The notes under the pieces: model-generated | Databases searched by the model: none | Seen by the model: the letters and a program-made list of their open reading frames with translations, nothing else | What the model was told of the DNA's origin: nothing | Made by a program: the position numbers and the translations under genes | NCBI GenBank assembly: GCA_035715445.1 | Contig: DASTKZ010000004.1 | Span: 1-62,038 of the forward strand | Origin: Methyloceanibacter sp. | GTDB lineage: Bacteria > Pseudomonadota > Alphaproteobacteria > Rhizobiales > Methyloligellaceae | Length of the DNA: 62,038 bases | Direction of reading: 5' to 3' | Shown here: piece after piece, positions 30,473 through 38,327 of the stretch | Position numbering within the stretch: position 1 is the stretch's first letter | Layout of the letters: each line of letters starts with the position of its first letter

Positions 30473-31996
30473 ATGGATCGACGTGTCGAAACGAAGAAGG
30501 GAAATAGAGCGAACCGCTCGAAACCCACGGATATCGAGCAGTTCGTCGAGGCGCCGGGGCGGAGCAAGCTCGTCGCCGAAGTGCGGAAGAAGATCGATGC
30601 GCTCGGCATCGACTATCTCTATCTCCAATTCATCTCGGTCACGGGCCGGATCATGGGCAAGGGCATCCCGGCCGACCACTGGGAATCGGTGGCGGAGAAG
30701 GGCTTCCAGCTCGTCTACGGCGCCACCATGAACCTGTTCCTCAACCGGCGCGGCGAATATCTCGGCTACGGCCCGGAAGCCGCCGAACTCGTCGGCATCC
30801 CCGAGCCCGAGACCTTCATGCAGCTGCCCTGGGACAAGCGGGTGGCGCGGCTCTGGTGCACGCTGTTCCGCAACCGCGAAGAGCGCATAGATCCCGGCGC
30901 CTTCCTCACCGCGGATGCGCGCGGCAATCTCCGCCGCCTGCACGACCAGTTCCAGAAGGACCACGGGCTCCAGCTTCGTCACGGCACCGAGCCCGAGATG
31001 ATGTGGCTGAAGAAGGACGCCGACGGTCAGCCGAACGGCGGCTACTCCAACCCCTACTGCTATCACATCGATCAGTTCGAGAGCTTGCGGCCGGTCTACA
31101 TGCAGGTGATCGACTATTGCCGCAAGATGGGCCTCGACATGATCCAGGGCGACCACGAAGATTCGCCCGGCCAGCTCGAGCTCAATTTTACCTTCGACGA
31201 CGCGCTCCGGACCGCCGACCGGCTGGCGACCTACCGGCAAATCTGCGCGCAAGTCGCGCGCGAGTTCGGCATCATCGCCTGCTTTATGTGCAAGCCGTTC
31301 ATGGGCGTCTCCGCCAATGGCTGCCACCACAACATCTCGCTGTGGCGCGGCGGCAAGGACGAGCAGAAGACGCTCGGCAACGACCCCAAGAAGCTACCCG
31401 GAATGGCGCAGAACTACACCTACTCCAAGGGCGGCGTGAACACCTTCATGCCCGATACCGACGACGTTCAGCTTCCGGGCAAGATCGGCCTCATGGCAAT
31501 CGGCGGCATTGTCAAGCATCTTGGCGCGCTGACCGCGATCGGCTGCTCGACCGTGAACTCTTACCGCAGGCTGTGGGACACGGGGTTTTGGGCGCCGGTG
31601 TTCTCCGATTGGGGCTTCCAGAACCGCACCACGGGCTTGCGCGTCTCGGCGCCTGGCCGCTTCGAATACCGCGCGGTGGACGCCATGGTGAACCCGCATC
31701 TGATGGCGGCCGGGCTCATCATGGCCATGGATGACGGCATCAAGAACAAGCTCAATCCGGGGAAGCCCGAGGAGCGCAACATCTATCAGGCCATGGAGGC
31801 GGGAAAGCAGGTCAAGAGACTGCCGATGACGCTCGGCGACGCGCTTGCCGCGCTGGAGAAGGACCCGGTGATCCGTTCGGCGATGCCGGGCGAAATGTAC
31901 CGGCTCTACGACGAGTACAAGCGCGACGAGTGGGAGCGGTTCCTCCATACGACGACGGAATGGGACATCAAGACCTATCTCGACTGCCTGCCATAG
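30473..31996 (+). CDS. Glutamine synthetase-like gamma-glutamyl-amine ligase (divergent from GmaS)
   Basis: GTEPE, HEDSPGQLE, FMCKPF..NGCHH, NSYRRL, NRT, RFEYR. Confidence 0.9.
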   Translation: MDRRVETKKGNRANRSKPTDIEQFVEAPGRSKLVAEVRKKIDALGIDYLYLQFISVTGRIMGKGIPADHWESVAEKGFQLVYGATMNLFLNRRGEYLGYGPEAAELVGIPEPETFMQLPWDKRVARLWCTLFRNREERIDPGAFLTADARGNLRRLHDQFQKDHGLQLRHGTEPEMMWLKKDADGQPNGGYSNPYCYHIDQFESLRPVYMQVIDYCRKMGLDMIQGDHEDSPGQLELNFTFDDALRTADRLATYRQICAQVAREFGIIACFMCKPFMGVSANGCHHNISLWRGGKDEQKTLGNDPKKLPGMAQNYTYSKGGVNTFMPDTDDVQLPGKIGLMAIGGIVKHLGALTAIGCSTVNSYRRLWDTGFWAPVFSDWGFQNRTTGLRVSAPGRFEYRAVDAMVNPHLMAAGLIMAMDDGIKNKLNPGKPEERNIYQAMEAGKQVKRLPMTLGDALAALEKDPVIRSAMPGEMYRLYDEYKRDEWERFLHTTTEWDIKTYLDCLP

Positions 31997-32024
31997 CGGC
32001 AAGCCCGAGCAGAGGAGACAACAT

Positions 32025-32960
32025 ATGTGCGGAATTGCCGGCCTCATCCATCGCGACGGCGTGACCAATGTCGGCCGGGAGATGACGGCCATGCTGAGGA
32101 GCCTCAAGCATCGCGGTCCCGATTCGACCGGGTTCGCGATCTATGGCGCCTCCGTGCCCAATGAATATGTCATGCGCCTCAAGCTCGCCGAGCAGGAGGA
32201 CATGACGCGGGACCACCGCATCCGGCCGAAGATCAGGGAGCGCCAGGCCGAGGTCGATCGGCGCCTCGCCGAGCTCGGGGCGGAAACGGTCGAGATCGCC
32301 GAAGCCACGCCTTACGCGTTCCGCTATCGCCTGCGCTACGCCGGCGATACGCGGGGGCTCACCACCGAGATCGAACAGATCGAGGGGGCCGAAGTCCTGT
32401 CGTTCGGCTCGGCTCTCGAGCTGATCAAAGACCTTGGCGATGCGTCGGTGGTCTCCGAGCAATACGGGCTCGGCGGCTTCCGGGGCACGCACGGCATCGG
32501 GCACACGCGCATGGCGACGGAATCCGACGTCGATATTCGCTCGGCCCACCCCTACTGGGCCTATCCCTATAACGACATCGCGGTCGTGCATAACGGCCAG
32601 ATCACCAATTACTGGATCATGAGGCGCGAGATGGAGCGGCTCGGACACCGCTTCATGTCGAATTGCGATTCGGAGCTGCTCGCGGTCTACACCGCCAACA
32701 ATCTCGAGAAGGGGGCAACGCTGGAAGATTCGCTCAAAGCCTCCATCAAGGACATCGACGGCGTGTTCACCTATGTCGTGGCGACCGAGAACGAGCTCGG
32801 CATGGCCAAAGACACGATGGCGGCGAAGCCGATGGTTCTTTACGAAAGCGACAACCTCGTCGCGCTCGCCTCGGAGGAAGTCGCCATTCGCGCCATAATG
32901 CCGCGCGAGATCGACACGTACGATCCTTACGACGAGGAGATTCGCGTATGGCAGAGATAG
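32025..32960 (+). CDS. Class II glutamine amidotransferase (MgsA/GlxB-like paralog)
   Basis: N-terminal MCGIAG nucleophile, HRGPDS, GHTRMATES, HNGQI.N, DSE; AGGAG RBS. Confidence 0.92.
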   Translation: MCGIAGLIHRDGVTNVGREMTAMLRSLKHRGPDSTGFAIYGASVPNEYVMRLKLAEQEDMTRDHRIRPKIRERQAEVDRRLAELGAETVEIAEATPYAFRYRLRYAGDTRGLTTEIEQIEGAEVLSFGSALELIKDLGDASVVSEQYGLGGFRGTHGIGHTRMATESDVDIRSAHPYWAYPYNDIAVVHNGQITNYWIMRREMERLGHRFMSNCDSELLAVYTANNLEKGATLEDSLKASIKDIDGVFTYVVATENELGMAKDTMAAKPMVLYESDNLVALASEEVAIRAIMPREIDTYDPYDEEIRVWQR

Positions 32961-33820
32961 CGCGATCCGAGCTTAGCGAGCAGGAGCGCCGCTCCTACGA
33001 GATGGGGCTGCATACCGAGCCGCTCAAAGGCCGCTCGATTCAAAAATTTTTCGACGTCGATTTGAGAGACGGGCACCACGGCTTTGCGCTGCCGAACGCT
33101 TTCGAGGTCGATTTCAACAAGCGCGCCGAGATCGACGCCGGCGACCTCGAGACCAAAGCCGTCAATCTGCGCATTCGCGAATTGATGGCGGACGGCTACG
33201 GCACGATCGTGATCCGCAATCCCGGCGCCAAGCATTCGATCGCGGTCGGCATTCTGAACCGTCTCAATCTCATCATCGACGGCTCGCTCGGCTATTTCGG
33301 TTGCGGCCTGCTCGACGGGCCGAATGTGCGGATCGCGGGCCGGGTCGGCTGGTCGTGCGCCGAAAACATGATGAGCGGGATGATCCTGATCGAGAAGAAC
33401 GCTGGTTCGCAATTCGGCGCCGCCATCCGCGGCGGCGATCTCGTCTGCCGCGGCAATGTCGGCTCGCGCACTGGTATCGACCAGAAGGGCGGAACCATCA
33501 TCGTCGGCGGCGATACCGGCGCCTTCACCGGCTTCATGATGCAGCGCGGGCGCATGGTGATCTGCGGCAATGCCGGGAAGAATCTCGGCGATTCCATGTA
33601 TGACGGCACCATCTATCTCGCCGGCGAGCCGCAAAGCCTCGGCGTCGATGCCGTGTGGGGCACGATGACCGATCTCGACAAGAGTTGGCTCGAGACCAAG
33701 CTCCGCCGCTACGAGCTCTTGCCCAAGGGCGGTGTCGGCGCGTTCCGCAAGGTCGTCGCCGGCAAGCAATTGTGGAACTACGACAATCTCGAGCCGACGG
33801 AAAAGAAACTGGTGTTATGA
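32948..33820 (+). CDS. GXGXG beta-helix protein (MgsB/GlxC-like paralog) with N-terminal extension
   Basis: AENMMSG, GGTIIVGG, GDSMYDG, LWNYD; glutamate synthase C-terminal domain repeats. Confidence 0.9.
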   Translation: MAEIARSELSEQERRSYEMGLHTEPLKGRSIQKFFDVDLRDGHHGFALPNAFEVDFNKRAEIDAGDLETKAVNLRIRELMADGYGTIVIRNPGAKHSIAVGILNRLNLIIDGSLGYFGCGLLDGPNVRIAGRVGWSCAENMMSGMILIEKNAGSQFGAAIRGGDLVCRGNVGSRTGIDQKGGTIIVGGDTGAFTGFMMQRGRMVICGNAGKNLGDSMYDGTIYLAGEPQSLGVDAVWGTMTDLDKSWLETKLRRYELLPKGGVGAFRKVVAGKQLWNYDNLEPTEKKLVL

Positions 33821-33842
33821 GGCAAGAGGCTGGGCGGAAACG

Positions 33843-35228
33843 ATGAAAAAAGACAAGAACGGCAAGAACGGCAACGGCAGCGCCAGGGCGCCGGCCGAGT
33901 CCGAAAGATTCATCCTCGGCAAGAGCCAGATTTTCACGCCGGAGGTCATCAACGACATCCATGTGAAGTCGGAGCTCGGGCGCTATCGCATGCGCGGCTT
34001 CTCGCTGTTCAAGAAGATCCCGCATTGGGACGATTTGACTTTCCTGCCGGGCACGCTCACCCGCTTCGTCATCGAGGGCTATCGCGAGAAGTGCGAAACC
34101 AAGACGGTGATCGGCCCTAGGGCGAAGCGGCCGATGGTGCTCGACATTCCGGTCTATGTGACCGGCATGAGCTTCGGCGCGCTCTCCTACGAAGCCAAGA
34201 TCGCGCTTGCCCGCGGCGCCACCATGGCCGGCTCGGCCACATGCTCGGGCGAGGGCGGCATGATCCCGGACGAGCGGCGCTACTCGATCAAGTGGTTCTA
34301 TCAGTGCATCCAGTCGCGTTACGGCTTTAACCCGCATCACTTGCGCCTCGCCGACGCGTGCGAGTTCTTCATCGGACAGGGCTGCAAGGTCGGGCTTGGC
34401 GGCCATCTGATGGGACAGAAAGTGACCGACCAGGTCGCCGAGATGCGCTCGCTTCCCGCCGGCATCGATCAACGCTCGCCGGCGCGCCATCCCGACTGGC
34501 TCGGCCCCGACGATCTAGCGCTCAAGATCGAGGAAGTGCGCGAAGCGACAAACTGGGAAATTCCCATCCAGCTCAAGCTCGGCGCCGCGCGCGTCTATGA
34601 CGACGTGCGCATGGCGGTGAAATGCGGTCCCGACTCCATCTATATCGACGCCATGGAAGGCGGCACCGGCGCTGGTCCGCACATCGCGACCGAAGATACC
34701 GGCGTGCCCGGGATCGCCGCCATCCGCCAGGCGCGACGCGCCATCGACGAGCTTGGCAAGCGCGGCGAGATCAGCTTGGTCTACGCCGGCGGCATCCGCA
34801 ACGGCGGCGACGTGGCCAAGGCGATGGCGCTCGGCGCCGATGCGATCGCGATCGGTCACTCGGTGCTGATGGCGCTCAACTGCAACAAGGAGATCCCGGA
34901 GTCGGATTTCGAGAACGAGATCGGCGTTCCGGCCGGCTATTGCTATCATTGCCATACCGGGCGCTGCCCGGTCGGCGTCGCGACCCAAGATCCCGAACTC
35001 CGCAGGCGGCTCGATCCCGACGCCGCGGCCGAGCGCGTCTACAATTTCCTGCACACGCTGACGCTCGAAGCGCAGATGCTCGCGCGCGCCTGCGGCAAGA
35101 CTTCGGTGCACAGCCTCGAGCCCGAGGACCTTGCCGCGCTGACGATGGAAGCCTCGGCCATGGCGCAGGTGCCTCTGGCCGGGACCGACTACACCGTCGG
35201 CGTCGACAACTATCACAAGATCGGATGA
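33843..35228 (+). CDS. FMN-binding glutamate synthase-family protein (MgsC/GlxD-like paralog) with Fe-S cysteines
   Basis: GMSFGALS, GEGG, GGHLMGQKV, RHPDWLGPDDL, GGIRNG.D, CYHCHTGRCPVGVATQD. Confidence 0.93.
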   Translation: MKKDKNGKNGNGSARAPAESERFILGKSQIFTPEVINDIHVKSELGRYRMRGFSLFKKIPHWDDLTFLPGTLTRFVIEGYREKCETKTVIGPRAKRPMVLDIPVYVTGMSFGALSYEAKIALARGATMAGSATCSGEGGMIPDERRYSIKWFYQCIQSRYGFNPHHLRLADACEFFIGQGCKVGLGGHLMGQKVTDQVAEMRSLPAGIDQRSPARHPDWLGPDDLALKIEEVREATNWEIPIQLKLGAARVYDDVRMAVKCGPDSIYIDAMEGGTGAGPHIATEDTGVPGIAAIRQARRAIDELGKRGEISLVYAGGIRNGGDVAKAMALGADAIAIGHSVLMALNCNKEIPESDFENEIGVPAGYCYHCHTGRCPVGVATQDPELRRRLDPDAAAERVYNFLHTLTLEAQMLARACGKTSVHSLEPEDLAALTMEASAMAQVPLAGTDYTVGVDNYHKIG

Positions 35229-35241
35229 GCGGAGCACCGCC

Positions 35242-35685
35242 ATGTCCCGCAAGAACAGGAAAGACGGAAAGGGCGCCAAGGGCGCCAAGAGGTCCAAAGC
35301 CAAGGACGATATCGACAAATATTTGAAGGACGCGGGCGGACTCGACACCGCGCGCGAACAAGCGATCGGCCAGCACATCGGCTACCGCTACGACGTCAAT
35401 CTTCTTCCCGATTACGGCCGGCTCACGCCCTATCTCAAGGACTACATCGAGTTCATGGGCTGGGACGACCTCAACTGGCTCGAAGACGTGCACATGGGAT
35501 ACGAGGCGGGTCAGCCCGCGATCTTCGATCGCAACATCAATGGCTGGGTGCGCATCCCCAAAGAGATGAAGCTGCCCGACAACCAGCAGGACCGCGACAT
35601 GCTGGCGCGCGAGCTTCTGGTGCGCTTCCAGACCTCGCCCAACCATCCGCTGGTTTTGCTGAACAAGGCTTACCGAAAGTTCTGA
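35242..35685 (+). CDS. Protein of unknown function, last gene of the divergent Mgs-like operon
   Basis: GGAG RBS, 13-bp gap after the previous stop, strong GC3 bias, globular-looking aromatic/acidic core. Confidence 0.85.
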   Translation: MSRKNRKDGKGAKGAKRSKAKDDIDKYLKDAGGLDTAREQAIGQHIGYRYDVNLLPDYGRLTPYLKDYIEFMGWDDLNWLEDVHMGYEAGQPAIFDRNINGWVRIPKEMKLPDNQQDRDMLARELLVRFQTSPNHPLVLLNKAYRKF

Positions 35686-35713
35686 GCTTGCGCGGAATTG
35701 GCCGAGGCCCCGA

Positions 35714-36265
35714 TCAGGTCTCGGCCGATTTCCAATCCGGCCTGAAGCCGAGCACCAGCACGTCATCGGGCAACGAGGGATTGAACGCACGATTGTGCCA
35801 GAGCGTGACTTCTCTCAACGCTTCGCCGGCCTCCGTCTCGAACACCGCGCAAGGCAGGCGGTAGTGTTGCGAGAATTGTTCGAAGGCGAGCACGCATCTG
35901 CCATCGCGAATGAGTCTTGCCGCAAGATCCGACTGTGGGGGGAGCACCGCCGTCAGGACGTCGCCAAAGTCCCCGGGCTGCTGGAAATAGTCAGCCTGCA
36001 AATAGGTGAGGGCGCGCTGGTAGACATCGCGCGGATCGGCGGTCTTCGTCACCTGGAAGCGGAAGAAAGCCGTGCTCTCGGCCGGGTCGCGCGGAAGGAT
36101 GAGCACGGTCAGAGCCGGCGACAATTCACGGCCCGACGCATCGTGCACGTGCGGGCGCATGCCGGGCGAGGGGCGCCCTCCGTCCTGGCGCATGGCGATC
36201 TGCCGGATGCGGCATTGCCAGGCGAGGAAACCGTCGCGTAGCGTCTTGGCGGCACTTGCCGTCAT
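35714..36265 (-). CDS. Hypothetical protein
   Basis: 183-aa ORF with normal composition (FLAWQCRIRQ...WHNRAFNP) filling the gap, AGGA RBS. Confidence 0.75.
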   Translation of the reverse strand: MTASAAKTLRDGFLAWQCRIRQIAMRQDGGRPSPGMRPHVHDASGRELSPALTVLILPRDPAESTAFFRFQVTKTADPRDVYQRALTYLQADYFQQPGDFGDVLTAVLPPQSDLAARLIRDGRCVLAFEQFSQHYRLPCAVFETEAGEALREVTLWHNRAFNPSLPDDVLVLGFRPDWKSAET

Positions 36266-36363
36266 CGTAAGCGTCCTTGCGCTTGCGGCCGGCGGTCTAA
36301 TGTGGCCCGGGTCAGGCCCATTGCGGCCCCGCCAGCGATGAAAAACGCCCGGAATTTCAATCC

Positions 36364-36424
36364 TTTCCTGTCGGTAAAAGGATTTTCACGTCGATTGACG
36401 GGATTTCGGGAGAAGCCTAGCATC
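36364..36424 (+). promoter_or_regulatory. amt promoter: tandem operator boxes plus TTGACG-N17-TAGCAT
   Basis: TTTCCTGTCGGTAAA-N5-TTTCACGTCGATTGACG; aligns without gaps to the mgsA promoter through the -35. Confidence 0.65.
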
Positions 36425-36614
36425 TTCGCGGCGCAGGGGAGCAAAACTCCAAGCGAAAAAAGGGAGGGACGAGCAGCAATGCACTGTGCTGGGCGCGCAC
36501 AGGACGCATGGGTCTGCACCATCAACGAGGAAGGCAAGAACTGTAACGGCTTTCGTCCATGGGGGCGCGTCGTCGTTGACGCCTGCCGCACCGAGGCAAG
36601 AAGGGGGTATAACA

Positions 36615-38012
36615 ATGGGCGACCAACTAAATGCACTAACGACGATTTTCACCGAGTTCTATTACTGGGTGACGATCGTCATCATGTTCCTGATCCATGT
36701 CGGCTTCTGCACCTACGAAGTCGGCGTGTCGCGCAGACGCAACCATCTAAAAACGCTGATGAAGAATGCGATCGCGATTCCGGTCGTGACCGTTACCTTC
36801 TTCTTCTTCGGCTGGTGGATCTATTTTGCGTTTCCAAACGGACCGGGCATCACCGGCGGATTGATCGCGGCGCCGTTCTCCGAGCCGTGGAATCCGTTGA
36901 TGGCACCGCATCTGTCCGGCGTAAACCCAACCGAAAGTGGAGTGAGCGCGACCGACGCCCTGATCTGGCACCGTCTCAACGGCGTGTTCTGGGGCGCCTT
37001 CCTCATGTTCTCGGCCACGACCGCTTCGATCATTTCCGGCTCGATCATCGAGCGCGCCCGCTCGGGCGCCTTCTGGATCGTCGCCGTGCTGATCGGTTCG
37101 GTATTTTGGATCCTCGATGCGGCCTGGGGCTGGCACCCGCAAGGCTGGATGGTGAAGCTTTGGGGCTACCATGACGCTTATGCCTCCGGCGTCGTCCATG
37201 CCATCGCCGGCGGCGCGGTACTTGCCTTTCTGATCGTTCTCGGTCCCCGGATCGGAAAATTCCGACCCGATGGGACGCCGCGCGATATACCGCCCCACAA
37301 TGAGTGGCTCGTCACGATCGGGTTGTTCTTCATCTATACGGGCTTCTGGGGCTTCTATGCCGCGTGCAACATTCCGATCATCTCGCCCGCGACCATCGCC
37401 GGCCAGATCACCGGAGAGACCTGGACGGCGACGAATATCTATCTCGCGCCAACGTCGCTTTCGGCGATCACCTTCAACTTCATGATGTCGCTGTCGGGCG
37501 GGTTGATGGCCGGCTACATCGTCTCGAAGGGCAATCCGTTCTGGACGTTCTCATGCGGACTGTGCGGCATCATTGCCGCCTCGGCCGGCAACGATCTCTA
37601 CCATCCAGTCCAGGCGTTGCTGATCGGCGCTATCGTTCCGGTCATTGTCTACAAGCTGCACTACTGGGTCGAACGCCGGTTCAAGATCGACGATGCGGTG
37701 GGCGCGGCGGCGGTGCACGGCTATGGCGGATTCCTTGGCGTGGTCGTCGCTGGTTTCATGCTGTGGGGGCAGCCGTCCTCCCCGTATGAAGGCTTCGCGC
37801 ATATCAATCCGCTGGGAAATTTCGCCGGCGCTTGCTTGATGTGGCTGCTCGGCTTCGTTCCTATCTTCATTGCATGCAAGATCCTCGACAGTTTCGGATT
37901 GTTGCGTGTTCCGAGGAAGGTCGAGCTCGAAGGTGTCGACTTTGCCTACAACCACGCCTTCATGGAGTCGGTTCGTGAAGTGAGCGCTGCCGAAAAGGCG
38001 ATGATCAAGTAG
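36615..38012 (+). CDS. amt: Ammonium transporter family protein (non-canonical Amt, possible amine transporter)
   Basis: SIISGSIIER, GVVH and AVHG twin His, LGPRIGKF, IDDAVG; about 11 TM segments. Confidence 0.92.
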   Translation: MGDQLNALTTIFTEFYYWVTIVIMFLIHVGFCTYEVGVSRRRNHLKTLMKNAIAIPVVTVTFFFFGWWIYFAFPNGPGITGGLIAAPFSEPWNPLMAPHLSGVNPTESGVSATDALIWHRLNGVFWGAFLMFSATTASIISGSIIERARSGAFWIVAVLIGSVFWILDAAWGWHPQGWMVKLWGYHDAYASGVVHAIAGGAVLAFLIVLGPRIGKFRPDGTPRDIPPHNEWLVTIGLFFIYTGFWGFYAACNIPIISPATIAGQITGETWTATNIYLAPTSLSAITFNFMMSLSGGLMAGYIVSKGNPFWTFSCGLCGIIAASAGNDLYHPVQALLIGAIVPVIVYKLHYWVERRFKIDDAVGAAAVHGYGGFLGVVVAGFMLWGQPSSPYEGFAHINPLGNFAGACLMWLLGFVPIFIACKILDSFGLLRVPRKVELEGVDFAYNHAFMESVREVSAAEKAMIK

Positions 38013-38033
38013 ATATCCGAGAGGAGAGGAAAA

Positions 38034-38255
38034 ATGTCGACCAATGGAATGACAAGCTGGGCCGTCGACCTCAAGGATGTCGGCGCAATCTATCCCTTCC
38101 AGGGATGGGAAGTGCTAATGGTCATCCTTGGCGTTGTCTTCTGGATCGGCTGGCACATTGTCCAGACGCGCCAGGAAACCGCGGAGATCGAATCCAATCT
38201 GAAGGCCGACCGCAGCGGCGACGAAACCAGGGCGTCGATCGACCGCTACTATTAG
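38034..38255 (+). CDS. Small single-pass membrane protein (73 aa) downstream of amt
   Basis: GAGGAGAGG RBS, one TM segment (VLMVILGVVFWIGWHI), followed by a hairpin. Confidence 0.85.
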   Translation: MSTNGMTSWAVDLKDVGAIYPFQGWEVLMVILGVVFWIGWHIVQTRQETAEIESNLKADRSGDETRASIDRYY

Positions 38256-38270
38256 AAGGACTTGCATGGC

Positions 38271-38308
38271 CAGGCCCGTTAGGGACGCAATGCGCCCTGA
38301 CGGGCCTG
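38271..38308. terminator. Stem-loop between convergent genes
   Basis: CAGGCCCGTTAGGG...CCCTGACGGGCCTG inverted repeat. Confidence 0.65.
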
Positions 38309-38327
38309 AGCATGTTTGTTGCTAACG

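Noticed and set aside
30473-35228. Ordinary GS/GOGAT ammonium assimilation genes
   Set aside because: The split A/B/C architecture and motifs (GHTRMATES, AENMMSG, RHPDWxGPDDL) match the Mgs/Glx family rather than GltBD, and no gltD or glnB is present.
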